A stretch of DNA of 64,000 nt from an uncultured Verrucomicrobiae bacterium (GTDB lineage: Bacteria; Verrucomicrobiota; Verrucomicrobiia; Chthoniobacterales; UBA10450), in the NCBI GenBank assembly GCA_963742295.1, contig CAVULI010000007.1:213372-277371 (forward strand), in the 5' to 3' direction. A program made the position numbers and the translations under genes. Below the pieces are notes generated by a model. It worked only from the letters and a program-made list of their open reading frames with translations. It was not told the DNA's origin and did not search any database. Below, piece after piece: positions 20,409-30,249 of the stretch (positions are counted from its first letter, which is position 1; every line of letters starts with the position of its first letter).

Positions 20409-21097
20409 ATGATTGTGACGCGCGATTACATCCAAAAGGTGCGCGATTGGCTGGCCGCGCGCGCGAATACTCCGGAAACAGAATTGGCTTTCGATGGCAG
20501 TGCGGTTCTTTGGCCTAACGGAATCATTCCGTATTCGTTTCGACCCGACATCACGCCGCAGCATCAACAGGCCTTCAAGGGTTCGGCCGCGGAATGGGCC
20601 TCGGTCGCGCATCTCACTTTTGTCGCGCGCACCACGGAAACCAATTACCTCGACATCCAAAACGACAGCGGCAATTCCGCCGCGCTCGGCATGATCGGCG
20701 GGCCGCAGGATTTCACGATGAACGCGTGGGTGCACGAAGTGATCTGCCACGAACTCGGCCACTCGTTAGGCTTGGTGCACGAACATCAACGTTCCGATCG
20801 GGAGACCTACGTCACGATTCTGGAAGAGAACATCCAGTCCGGTCTCGAGTTCGCCTTTTGCGATCTTGCCCGATTCAAACAACCGCGGCGCCTACGATTT
20901 CTCCGCACCAGCGGAATTCAGTTTAGTTTTCCGAGCGTGGCCGGGCGCATTTACCGGCTGGAGGCGCGAGGCAGCCTAACGAGTGGTAGCTGGCAACGCT
21001 GCTCGATGGAATCATCGGCACAGGCGCTTCGATTCAATTAAGCGATGCGTCCGGCCTGACCCAGCGTTTCTAACGCGTGTGCGTTCTGCCGCCGTAG
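20409..21097 (+). pseudogene. Decayed astacin-family (M12A) zinc metalloprotease fused to a C-terminal beta-sandwich module
   Basis: The astacin signature HELGHSLGLVHEHQRSDRETYV is intact. Downstream the astacin fold breaks off: the YDF-type motif NNRGAYDFS is only in another frame. The C-terminal module (FSFPSVAGRIYRLEARGSLTSGSW / ATLLDGIIGTGASIQLSDASGLTQRF*RVCVLPP) needs a frame change and carries an in-frame TAA at 21071-21073. There is no signal peptide. Confidence 0.7.
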
Positions 21098-21149
21098 ACG
21101 CGCGCGGCGTTGACGCATTCCCAGGCAGCCCGCAAGATCGCGCGCGCCC

Positions 21150-22229
21150 ATGAAGATTCTCATCACCAACAATCGTCTCGACCTGCGTGGCGGCGCGGAG
21201 ATGTGGGTGCGCGATCTGGCGCGGGCGTTGCAGGCGCGCGGGCATTTGGTTTTCGCCTACAGCAGCGATCCGGGCGAAGGCGAACGTTTGCTTGAAAGCG
21301 ATCCGGTGGCGGTGAGCACGAACCTGGAAGACCTGCCTTTCCAGCCGGACATCATTCATGCGCAACATCATCTCGATGCCATGAGCGCGCTGGCGGCGCT
21401 GCCGGATGTGCCGGCGTTGTATCATTGCCACGGCGCCGTCTGGCGTGAATGTCCGCCGCGTCATCCGCGCATCTATCGGTATCTCGCGATTTCGCGCACG
21501 GCGGCGGAGCGGATGATGGTGGAATCAAACATCACACCCGCGGAAATTACCGTCTGGCCAAACGTCATCGACACCACGCGGTTTCGCACGGTGCGAACTC
21601 TGTCCGCTCGTCCTGCGCGCGCCTTGTTCTTCAATGGCCATCATCGACCGGAAAGTGAAACGGTCGCTGCGGTGCGGGCTGCGGCGGAAGAATGCGGTCT
21701 CGCGCTCGATTTCGCTGGATTCCATTTTCACAAACGGATCGAACGCCCGGAGACTTCGCTGCCGAATTACGACATCGTTTTTGCTTCGGGAAAATCAGCC
21801 CTCGACGCGATGGCCTGCGGTTGCGCGGTGATCGTGCTTGGTCGCACCAGTTGCGGCCCGATGGTGTTACCGGAGAATTTTGCTGCATTGCGCGACGTGA
21901 ATTTTTCCATCGCGGTGAATTCGGCGCCGCCATCCAAGGAAAGAATCGTGTCCGAGATCAGAAAATTTTCTGCAACGGAAAGTGCACGCGCAACCGAACA
22001 GGTGCGACGGGAGGCCGACATCACACCAGCCGTTGAAACCCTGCTTGGGATTTACCAGGCGATCATCACGCAACACCGCGCCCGTCCGGTCGATTTCACC
22101 GCTGAAATGCACGCCGTATCGCGTTATCTGCGGCGACTAGTGCCGTTGATTAAGGCGCTCGACGCCGAGAAGAAGCTCGGCCATTCGGCCACCGCCGGCG
22201 TCGCTGCCGAAGAAGACGGCAATGCCTAA
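21150..22229 (+). CDS. Glycosyltransferase, GT-B fold (family 1/4-like)
   Basis: 359 aa. The N-terminus MKILITNNRLDLRGGAEMWVRDLARAL is typical of GT4-type enzymes. The TAA stop lies inside a motif copy. Confidence 0.7.
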   Translation: MKILITNNRLDLRGGAEMWVRDLARALQARGHLVFAYSSDPGEGERLLESDPVAVSTNLEDLPFQPDIIHAQHHLDAMSALAALPDVPALYHCHGAVWRECPPRHPRIYRYLAISRTAAERMMVESNITPAEITVWPNVIDTTRFRTVRTLSARPARALFFNGHHRPESETVAAVRAAAEECGLALDFAGFHFHKRIERPETSLPNYDIVFASGKSALDAMACGCAVIVLGRTSCGPMVLPENFAALRDVNFSIAVNSAPPSKERIVSEIRKFSATESARATEQVRREADITPAVETLLGIYQAIITQHRARPVDFTAEMHAVSRYLRRLVPLIKALDAEKKLGHSATAGVAAEEDGNA

Positions 22230-22232
22230 CGA

Positions 22233-23726
22233 GTGCTGATGTCACACGCGTCGAAATCCGCCGAGTGGCTCGAATTGCTGGAGTGCGCCCGCGCCGCGCA
22301 ACATCGCGTGAGCATGCTGCCGGGGCTGGGCCGCATGGCCATCGGCTTGCGTCGCTGGGATACCGCCTTGTTGCGCATGGGGCGCGAGTGGCTGGCGGAT
22401 CATCCGAATCCTGATCCGCCTAACGAGTCGTCGGCCGCAGGTGACGTTTATCTGGCGACACAGATATTTCCGGCCGGCGGGCACACGGCGCTGATCGGCG
22501 ATTTTGTCCGCGCTCTCGCTTCGCCGCGCGCGCCGCACCTTATCCTGACGAATCTGAATGCCGCGAACTCAGCCCCGCTCGAGGAAAGAATCTGGCGCCG
22601 CACCGAGATTCCGCCGGAGAACATCACATTGCTCCTTGGACCTTCCATTTTCGATCGAATGGAAGAGCTCTTCGCCCGGCTGCGGCAATTGCGGCCGAAA
22701 CGGCTTTTCCTCTTTCACCATCCGGAAGATCCGCTCGCCGGCGCGGTGGCTCAGCCGGAAATCGCGCCCGCCTGCGTCTTCGTTCATCATGCCGATAGTA
22801 CGCCGAGCCTGGGTTTGCATCTGCCGGGGATCGAGCTCATCGACCTCAATCCCGGCGCGGTCGCGACCAGTCGCCTGCTCGGCCTAACGAGTAGTTGCCT
22901 GCCATTGACTGCGCCTGATCCCGGGCCGCGCCCGCACGGTTTTCTCCGCCGCGGCTCATTAGTCACGGCCACGAGCGGAAGCGCCCCGAAATTCAACCGC
23001 GCTTACGCTTATTCGTATCCCGAAACGGTCGGCGTGATTTTGGATGCGACGCGTGGCTGGCATCTGCACATCGGACCGCTCGATGAAAACATGCAGCATG
23101 AAATCAGCGAGGCGCTGAGGCGCCGCAACATCGTGGCGGAGCGGTTCATTTATTTGCCCTGGAGCGAATCGGTCGCTAAGGCGCTTTGGCAACATGAGGT
23201 CGATCTCTATTGCGCTTCCTTTCCGGTCGACGGCGCGCGGGCAAGGGTCGAGGTGCTTGCGTCGGCCACGCCCTACCTGGCGCATTCCACCCGCGCGCTG
23301 CCAGCGAATCGCGCCACCAATTCGGAAATGCTTTGGGACAATTGGGCAGTGCTGACGTCCATTTTGCACCGCGCGGCCGACCAGGCATTCCTGGCCGAGC
23401 AATCCCGCGCTGCGCGCGCGCAGTACGACGAGGCGCATCATCCGCGCGTTTTCCGCTCGCAGTTGGAAAATATTCTCGCGGGCCGCGGCGGACGCGGCGA
23501 AGGAACACCCGACGATCGCGACCTGAATGCAATCCGCGGCATGTTGCGGTCCGTCGTTGAGGCAGTTTCCGATAATAAAGATCTCGAACGGAAATCGTTT
23601 GCGGCCCTGCGCGATAAGAACGCAAAGTTACAAGCGCGCATCAACGAGCTGGAGCGCAGGCAGAAGAAATTGAGCGAGGGTTCGTCCTGGCGCGCGCGCT
23701 TGCGCCACTGGCTTTTACGCAGCTAG
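22233..23726 (+). CDS. Hypothetical protein with a C-terminal coiled coil (possibly a distant GT-B-like domain)
   Basis: 497-aa ORF directly after the glycosyltransferase, with the coiled-coil tail KDLERKSFAALRDKNAKLQARINELERRQKKL. No family assigned with confidence. Confidence 0.45.
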   Translation: MLMSHASKSAEWLELLECARAAQHRVSMLPGLGRMAIGLRRWDTALLRMGREWLADHPNPDPPNESSAAGDVYLATQIFPAGGHTALIGDFVRALASPRAPHLILTNLNAANSAPLEERIWRRTEIPPENITLLLGPSIFDRMEELFARLRQLRPKRLFLFHHPEDPLAGAVAQPEIAPACVFVHHADSTPSLGLHLPGIELIDLNPGAVATSRLLGLTSSCLPLTAPDPGPRPHGFLRRGSLVTATSGSAPKFNRAYAYSYPETVGVILDATRGWHLHIGPLDENMQHEISEALRRRNIVAERFIYLPWSESVAKALWQHEVDLYCASFPVDGARARVEVLASATPYLAHSTRALPANRATNSEMLWDNWAVLTSILHRAADQAFLAEQSRAARAQYDEAHHPRVFRSQLENILAGRGGRGEGTPDDRDLNAIRGMLRSVVEAVSDNKDLERKSFAALRDKNAKLQARINELERRQKKLSEGSSWRARLRHWLLRS

Positions 23727-23728
23727 GC

Positions 23729-25177
23729 CTAGGCGGCAGACAACATCGCTTCTTCCGCGAGCGATGCCTGAGCTTTCGCGCGCAGACCGCGCGCGACTAG
23801 CCTAACGAGACCTTCTGATTGCTCGAGCACCGTGAGCAGGACGACATCGTCGCGTTGAATGTTCGCCGAAATAGCCGCGCGCATTTCCGACGAGGCGCGC
23901 GCGATCACGACCTCCGTGCCGCGGTCCCGCAGAGTGAACGCGAGCGAATGCAGACAGAAAGGCGCGTTGGCCCAGGCGCGACCCGGCGCCGGCTTGTGTT
24001 CGCGCGCGCTAGTCAAAATCACCTGATCGAAATGGGCCAGTGCCAGCGGCAAATCGCGTTGATAAATCCAGTCGCGTCCGCCGGTGGCGCGCGGTTGGAT
24101 CACAGAAACGATACGGCGTGCGGGAAAGCGCTGGCGTAAGGCCTGGCCCAGCTCGGTCAGCGCGCGGGGATGCGAAGCTTTATCCAGCACCATCACACAA
24201 TTGCCGATCGATTTTTCTTCCTGGCGTTTGCGCACGCCGCGAAAACAACGCAGCGCCGCCGCGGAATCGCGCAGTGAAATTCCGAATTGGTGGGCAGCGG
24301 TCGCGGCCATGGCCGCATTGCGCACATTCATCCAGCCGCACATTGGAATGGTGAAATCTTCACCGCCGTGTCGGAAGGATGACGCTTCCGGCGAAAAATC
24401 GACGCGCAAAATCTGATGGTCCGCCCGCCCGGTCGCACCGACGGCGATCGTCTTGCATTTGGCGCGCGACGCGAGCCGCAGGGCCGCTTCATCATCATCC
24501 GGCAGGACCAGGCATCCGTTGGCCGGCAAGCCATCGACGAAGGCGGCGAAGGCGGAGCACAGCTCATCGAACGATCGATAAACATCCGGGTGATCTTCGA
24601 GAATGTTGGTGATGATGCCGACCTCCGCCGGGTAATGCAGAAATTTCGGACGGCGATCATCGAAACAGGAGGGATATTCGTCGCCCTCGATCACGGCGAA
24701 TTCGCTTTGCCCGAAGCGCGCCACGTCGTGGAAATTTCGCGCCGTGCCACCGATGAGATAATTCGGACGGCGTTGATTGAATTCGAGAATCCACGCGAGC
24801 ATCGCGGTCGTCGTCGTCTTGCCGATGCCACCGGTGACGACGGCGTTGCGCGAGCGGTGCAAAAATTCTTCCCGGAGAAAATGCGGAAACGAGCGCAGGA
24901 CCAGTCCACGTTTTTTCGCTTCCATCAGCTCCGGCGTCTCGTGCGCAATACGTTTGCCGACGATGACGACGCCGACGTCGGCCGGAATGTTGTCCGCGTC
25001 ATGCCTGGTGGAAAACGCGATCGAGCGCGCACAGACATAGCTCCGCATCGGCTCGTAACATTGCTCGTCCGAACCGCTGACCCGCCAGCCTTCTGTGGCG
25101 AGCGCACCCGCAATGCCGCCCATGGCCTTGCCGCAAATTCCGATAAAGTGCGCGTGCCTTCGATCGCGATTGCTCAT
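23729..25177 (-). CDS. mpl: UDP-N-acetylmuramate:L-alanyl-gamma-D-glutamyl-meso-DAP ligase (Mur ligase family, Mpl-like)
   Basis: Contains HAHFIGICGKAMGGIAGALA and the ATP-binding VTGGIGKTTTTAMLAWIL. Start placed at MSNRDRRHAHF. Confidence 0.8.
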   Translation of the reverse strand: MSNRDRRHAHFIGICGKAMGGIAGALATEGWRVSGSDEQCYEPMRSYVCARSIAFSTRHDADNIPADVGVVIVGKRIAHETPELMEAKKRGLVLRSFPHFLREEFLHRSRNAVVTGGIGKTTTTAMLAWILEFNQRRPNYLIGGTARNFHDVARFGQSEFAVIEGDEYPSCFDDRRPKFLHYPAEVGIITNILEDHPDVYRSFDELCSAFAAFVDGLPANGCLVLPDDDEAALRLASRAKCKTIAVGATGRADHQILRVDFSPEASSFRHGGEDFTIPMCGWMNVRNAAMAATAAHQFGISLRDSAAALRCFRGVRKRQEEKSIGNCVMVLDKASHPRALTELGQALRQRFPARRIVSVIQPRATGGRDWIYQRDLPLALAHFDQVILTSAREHKPAPGRAWANAPFCLHSLAFTLRDRGTEVVIARASSEMRAAISANIQRDDVVLLTVLEQSEGLVRLVARGLRAKAQASLAEEAMLSAA

Positions 25178-25283
25178 GGATTTTGCGGGTGTTTCTAGCG
25201 GATTGCCGCCGCATGTCCAGTCTGCCCTTCGCGCCATGCAGCGTCACATTGACGGGATTTCGCACAGCCCATAATCTTCGCGC

Positions 25284-25989
25284 GTGCAGCCTGAGCTCGA
25301 GCAACTGTTGATCCTGCAGGATCGCGACCAGAAAATCCGGCAGATTCGCGCCGAGGTGAAATCGTTGCCGCTGCAACGCGCCCAGCTCGACAGTCAGATC
25401 GCGGCCAGCGCCGCGGCGCTTGAAGCGCTCAAACTCAAGGCGAAGCAGGCCGAAGTTGAGCGCAAGAAAATGGAACTCGATGTCGGCACGCGCACAGATT
25501 CGATCAACCGGCTCAAGACGCAGCAATACGAGACGCGCAAGAACGACGAGTTCCAGGCCATTGGTCATGAGATTGAGCGCTACGCAAAGGAAATCCAGCA
25601 GATCGAGGATCAGGAACTGGAGCTGATGGAGCAGCTCGACAAGATGAAGGTGGAGGTCGCCGACCGAAGAGAAGAACTCGGCCTCGGCTAACGAATCCTT
25701 CGCGCGGCAGAAGACTGATTTGGAGAGCAAAGACAAGGCGCTCGACGCGCGTCTGGCCGAGCTAACGAAGGAACGCGAAGAAATTGCCGCGAAAATCGAT
25801 GAAGATTTGCTCAGCCGTTTCGAGCGGCTCATGGCCAGCAAAGGCGACGCCGCCGTCGTCGCGCTCGAGCACGAAGTCTGCACCGGCTGTCACATGAAAA
25901 TCACCACGCAAACCGTCCATCGGGTGAAGAGCGGCAAAGAAATCGTGAGCTGCGAGCAGTGCGGCCGGATTCTATATTCGGCGGAGTAG
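25284..25989 (+). CDS. COG1579-type coiled-coil / C4 zinc-ribbon protein; reading frame interrupted at about 25664
   Basis: The N-terminal coiled coil (25284..25691) and the C-terminal zinc ribbon CTGCHMKI...CEQCGRILY (track ORF 25720..25989) are normally a single polypeptide of about 240 aa. The second half is in frame +1. Confidence 0.7.
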
Positions 25990-26013
25990 TTTGCCTAACG
26001 ACTGGTTGCGCGG

Positions 26014-26472
26014 TTACAGCTCCATCGTCAGGAAAACGCTGTTCGGATCCAGTTTGTAGTCGGCAAACGGCGCACAGGGTCTGAATCCGAATTTCGTGTA
26101 AAGACGTCGCGCTGGTTCGAAAAAGGGCAGCGCGCCAGTTTCCAGGCTGAGACGTCGATAACGCCGCCTTTTCGCCACGTCGATCATGTGTGCCAGCATG
26201 GTGGAGGCGATGCCGTTCCGTTTGCAGGAGGCGTGGGTGCGCATCGATTTGATTTCGCCATGTTCCGCGTCCAGCTCTTTGAGCGCGCCGCAACCAACGA
26301 GTTGGCCATCGTCCCACACCGTCCAGAACGTGATCTCAGGTTTGCGCAAACCGTCGAGGTCCAGCGCATGTTTGCTTTCGGGCGGCGAGACCGATTTCAT
26401 CTCGCGAATGTGTTCCTGCAGAAACTCGGCGATCTCCGGCCCGGACAGGTCGTCGATTATTATCTCTGGCAT
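26014..26472 (-). CDS. GNAT-family N-acetyltransferase
   Basis: 152 aa with a GNAT core (GQLVGCGALKELDAEHGEIKSMRTHASCKRNGIASTMLAHMI). Confidence 0.8.
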   Translation of the reverse strand: MPEIIIDDLSGPEIAEFLQEHIREMKSVSPPESKHALDLDGLRKPEITFWTVWDDGQLVGCGALKELDAEHGEIKSMRTHASCKRNGIASTMLAHMIDVAKRRRYRRLSLETGALPFFEPARRLYTKFGFRPCAPFADYKLDPNSVFLTMEL

Positions 26473-26513
26473 TCAACTAATGACGAATGACGATCGCGTC
26501 GAAAGTAGAAAAA

Positions 26514-26630
26514 CGAATCAGGAAAACATGAAGGCAGGAAAAAGGCAGAGACGCGACGCTCATTCTCTTCCCTGCTTTCCTTCTTTCTTGATTCGTTCCT
26601 CTTTTTTCTGGTTTTCTGGCTTCCAAATTA
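26514..26630. repeat. Purine/pyrimidine-asymmetric intergenic element with an imperfect 25-nt inverted repeat; a partial relative sits at 63284-63325
   Basis: cgaatcaggaaaacatgaaggcagg ... cctgctttccttctttcttgattcg, followed by ttctggttttctggcttccaaatt. Compare tttcttccctcctgatttctggttttatggctttgaaattt at about 63284. Confidence 0.5.
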
Positions 26631-26641
26631 TTCCTTCTTCT

Positions 26642-27745
26642 TCAGACGTTGAAACGGAACTCGACCACGTCGCCGTCTTTGACCACGTATTCTTTTCCTT
26701 CGATGCGCAGCTTGCCGTGCTCGCGCGCCTTGGCGAAAGAGCCTAACGAGACCAGATCGTCGTAATGCACAACTTCCGCGGCGATGAAGCCGCGCTCGAA
26801 ATCGGTGTGAATCACACCCGCTGCCGCCGGCGCCTTGTCGCCTTCATGAATTGTCCAGGCGCGCGTTTCTTTTTCGCCGGTCGTCAGGTAGGTGCGCAGG
26901 CCTAACAAGTGGTAGACCGCGCGAATCAGCGCGCTCACTCCGCTGCCGGCCACGCCGAGGTCGCGCAGATATTCCTGCGCTTCCGTTTCGCTCAGGTCGA
27001 CCAGCTCGCTTTCGATTTGTGCGCTGATCACCACCGCTTCGCTGCCGAAGTGGTTCCGCGCATAATCTTCCACCGCGCGCACGTGCGGATGATTCTCGGC
27101 CCCGGCCAAATCGGATTCGGCGACATTGCAGGCGAAGATGGTTGGCTTGGACGTCAGCAGGAAAAACTCGCGCGCGATCAATTTCTCTTCCGGCACGAGC
27201 TCAGCGGTAATGGCTGGTTTTCCAGCGTTGAGATGGGGCAGCAATTTCTCGATGACCGCGTTTTCCGCTTTGGCCGTCTTCGATCCGGCGCGCACTTCCT
27301 TTTGCAATCGATCGTGCCGCTTTTGCAGCGACGCCAGATCGGCCAGCACGAGTTCGGTGTTGATGACTTCGATGTCACGGATCGGATCGATCGAACCGCT
27401 GACGTGATGAATGTCGCCGCTCTCAAAACAGCGCACGACCTGCACGATCGCGTCCACTTCGCGGATGTGACTGAGAAATTGATTGCCGAGTCCTTCGCCC
27501 GCGCTCGCGCCTTTGACCAAGCCGGCGATATCGACGAACTCGATCGCCGCGGAAATGATTTTTTGCGAATGCGACAACTTCGCCAGCGCGTCGAGCCGCA
27601 CGTCCGGCACCGTGACGACGCCGAGATTCGGGTCGATCGTGCAGAAGGGATAATTCGCTGCCTGCGCTTTGCGTGTGCGCGTGACCGCGTTGAAGAGCGT
27701 GGACTTTCCCACGTTCGGCAGACCAACGATTCCAGCGCTCAACAT
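26642..27745 (-). CDS. ychF: Redox-regulated ATPase YchF (Obg-like)
   Basis: 367 aa with [16 protein letters not shown] and the C-terminal TGS-like [19 protein letters not shown]. Confidence 0.95.
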   Translation of the reverse strand: MLSAGIVGLPNVGKSTLFNAVTRTRKAQAANYPFCTIDPNLGVVTVPDVRLDALAKLSHSQKIISAAIEFVDIAGLVKGASAGEGLGNQFLSHIREVDAIVQVVRCFESGDIHHVSGSIDPIRDIEVINTELVLADLASLQKRHDRLQKEVRAGSKTAKAENAVIEKLLPHLNAGKPAITAELVPEEKLIAREFFLLTSKPTIFACNVAESDLAGAENHPHVRAVEDYARNHFGSEAVVISAQIESELVDLSETEAQEYLRDLGVAGSGVSALIRAVYHLLGLRTYLTTGEKETRAWTIHEGDKAPAAAGVIHTDFERGFIAAEVVHYDDLVSLGSFAKAREHGKLRIEGKEYVVKDGDVVEFRFNV

Positions 27746-27768
27746 AAGGCGCGGACGTTAATGCAATT

Positions 27769-27830
27769 TGTAGCGGCGGTCTATGACCGCCGAAAATCAG
27801 CGGCGTCGGCGGTCATAGACCGCCACTACA
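27769..27830. repeat. REP-like 24-bp inverted repeat (one mismatch) with a 14-nt loop; probable terminator of the ATPase gene
   Basis: tgtagcggcggtctatgaccgccg-aaaatcagcggcgt-cggcggtcatagaccgccactaca. The right arm overlaps the ATPase stop codon (27826-27828). Confidence 0.75.
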
Positions 27831-30195
27831 ACGGCGCCGTGCGCAGTTTGACGAAGAGCAGGCGCAGACTGTTGAGCACGACCACCACGGTGCTGCCTTC
27901 GTGCGCGATTACGCCTAACGAAAGTGGAATTCCTTTGAAGAGTGCAAGCAGGGCCATGACGACGACCGTCCCGAGCGCGATCGTAATATTTTGACCAATG
28001 ATGCGTTTGGCGCGCCGGCTCAACTCGTAGGCGGTCACGAAATTTTCCAGTCGGTCATTCATCAGGACAACTTCCGCCTGTTCCATCGCCGCATCGGAGG
28101 CGCGCGCTCCCATCGCCACGCCAACGTCGGCCGCCGCGAGTGAGGGCGCGTCGTTCACACCGTCTCCGATCATCGCGACTTTGCCGCCGTTCTTTTTCAA
28201 CTCCTGCACCGCCGTGACTTTTTCGTCGGGCGACAAATGCGACTTCACTTCGTCCACGCCGGCTTCGCGCGCGATCAATTCGGCCGTGGTCGCGCGATCG
28301 CCCGTCAGCATCACGCTGCGGATGTGCGCATCACGCAATTCGTCCAGCATGAGGCGCGCTTCCGCGCGAAGTTGATCGCGGAGGAGAAATCGTCCGCACA
28401 AGCCCGGACCGCCGATCCATACTTCCGCGACGTCGTGTTCTTCCGCGCGTATCGCGTCGCAGACGGCCGTTGCAATGATGGATTGGACAAACTCGCGACT
28501 ACCCAGCGCGTAAAGCTGACCGCGATAACGCGCGTTGATTCCTTTGCCGGAAATCGATTCGATGCTCGTCATCTCGAAATGCGGTGCGCCACGTTGCGCG
28601 CCGATTTTTTGCAGGGCACGCGAGAGCGGATGATTGGAAAGCCGCGCGAGATTGTAAGCAGCCGCGAGCAGATCAGATTCATTTCCGCCTAACGAGTCGA
28701 TGCGCGCCAGCACCGGTGTGCCGTGCGTCAGGGTCCCGGTTTTATCGAGGGCGACGGTGCGCACGTCGGCCAGTGTTTCGATGGCCGCGCCACCGCGGAA
28801 AAGCACACCGCGCCGCGCGCCGGAAGCGATCGCGGAAAGAATGGCCGACGGTACGCTGAGCACGAGCGCGCACGGCGACATGACCACGAGCAAGGTCATG
28901 GCGCGATAGAACGCGCTGGCGCGTCCGGCATTGACGAGGAATGGCGGCCACTGAAAGACGAGCCAGCCGACAAGAAAAAATGCGGCGCAGAAAAGAAGAA
29001 CGAAATACGTGTAGCCCGTGCCGAACCGGTCGCTGAAGCGTTGCGATGGCGCTTTCAAATGTTGCGCCTGCTCGATCAGGTTGACGATTTTTTGCAGCGA
29101 ACTTTCGCTCGCTGGCCTAACAACTACTCCATCGAGCACGCCCCATTCGTTCAATGTTCCAGCCAGCGCGACATCGCCCGGTTGCTTCGGCATCGGGCGC
29201 GCTTCACCGGTGAGATTCGATTCGTCGCACGCGCTTTCCCCATCGGTCACGCGCATGTCGACGGGAATTTGTTCGCCGGCACGCACGCGCAGCATCATAC
29301 CCGGCACGAGCGCATCGACCGGTCGCTCCACTTCCTGATCATTCTCCAGCACGGTCGCCACCTTGGGTGCGCCGCGCAGCAGGGCGCCAATTTCCTTTTG
29401 CGTGCGCGCGTTGGCGAAATGCTCCATCGCGCCGGCGGCCGAAAACAAAAAGAGCAGGAGCGCGCCTTCGCTCCAGGCACCGACCAAGGCTGCGCCGAAC
29501 GCGACCGCGAGCATAAGAAAATGAATTTCCAATTCGCCATGCCGCAGGCGCTGGAACGATTCGATCGCCGCGTCCCACGCGCCGCAAGTGTAACTGAGAG
29601 CGAAGAGCGCGAGCACAATCGCCGGCGATGCCTCGCTGCGTTGCGCGATCCAACCACACAGACCGAAGAACAGGCAAAGCCCGGCGAGCAGGGCCAGGTG
29701 CTTCCACTCGTTAGACGAATGATGCGACACTGAAACCGGCGGGCTGTCACAGGAAACGCGCGGCCAGCGCAGCTTGTTCCATTGCCAGAAATGCGTGGCG
29801 GTGCGGCAGGTCAGTTTTTCGATCACCGTGCTGCCGAGCACATCTTTCACCACCACGTTGGCGTCGCCGACCTTGCGCGCGGGCGCTTCGCCGCATTGCG
29901 CGCAGATGCCGCTGGCATCGAGAATGCCACATTGCCGTTCACGCTCCGCCACCGCCTCGGTCACCCGTCCGGCCAGCCGATTTCCGCGGTCCGTGCCCAG
30001 GGTGGCGATGGAGAGGAGCTGGTTCTTCGGTTGAAACGCGACCGCTTCGAGCTGCGGTTCTTCTTCGAGCAAACGGGCGACGTCGCGGTAAACGCAATGC
30101 TCATCCTGGCGCGACGACTCGTTAGGCGATTTGCCGTCCTTCGAGTTGTCGTCACGCATTCTGCGAGAGGATACGCGTGCTGGATAGCGGGGCAA
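27826..30195 (-). CDS. Heavy-metal-translocating P1B-type ATPase (SPC / HEGST motifs, P1B-4-like)
   Basis: Contains DKTGTLT, the TM motif MSPCALV, GDGVNDAP, and HEGSTVVVVLNSLRLL in the last TM. The start is uncertain; Met13 (30159) is possible. Confidence 0.88.
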   Translation of the reverse strand: MPRYPARVSSRRMRDDNSKDGKSPNESSRQDEHCVYRDVARLLEEEPQLEAVAFQPKNQLLSIATLGTDRGNRLAGRVTEAVAERERQCGILDASGICAQCGEAPARKVGDANVVVKDVLGSTVIEKLTCRTATHFWQWNKLRWPRVSCDSPPVSVSHHSSNEWKHLALLAGLCLFFGLCGWIAQRSEASPAIVLALFALSYTCGAWDAAIESFQRLRHGELEIHFLMLAVAFGAALVGAWSEGALLLFLFSAAGAMEHFANARTQKEIGALLRGAPKVATVLENDQEVERPVDALVPGMMLRVRAGEQIPVDMRVTDGESACDESNLTGEARPMPKQPGDVALAGTLNEWGVLDGVVVRPASESSLQKIVNLIEQAQHLKAPSQRFSDRFGTGYTYFVLLFCAAFFLVGWLVFQWPPFLVNAGRASAFYRAMTLLVVMSPCALVLSVPSAILSAIASGARRGVLFRGGAAIETLADVRTVALDKTGTLTHGTPVLARIDSLGGNESDLLAAAYNLARLSNHPLSRALQKIGAQRGAPHFEMTSIESISGKGINARYRGQLYALGSREFVQSIIATAVCDAIRAEEHDVAEVWIGGPGLCGRFLLRDQLRAEARLMLDELRDAHIRSVMLTGDRATTAELIAREAGVDEVKSHLSPDEKVTAVQELKKNGGKVAMIGDGVNDAPSLAAADVGVAMGARASDAAMEQAEVVLMNDRLENFVTAYELSRRAKRIIGQNITIALGTVVVMALLALFKGIPLSLGVIAHEGSTVVVVLNSLRLLFVKLRTAPL

Positions 30196-30249
30196 TCGGG
30201 ACGACAGGATTTGAACCTGCGACTTGTCGCCGCGGCGACCGCGCTACCA
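30196..30249 (-). pseudogene. tRNA-Pro-derived 3' fragment (acceptor-3', T arm, variable loop) with the anticodon arm replaced by the palindrome GTCGCCGCGGCGAC
   Basis: 32 nt are identical to the 3' part of the intact tRNA-Pro (aatcgggacgacaggatttgaacctgcgactt). Next comes the palindrome at 30226-30239, then a partial D-arm remnant. Confidence 0.75.
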
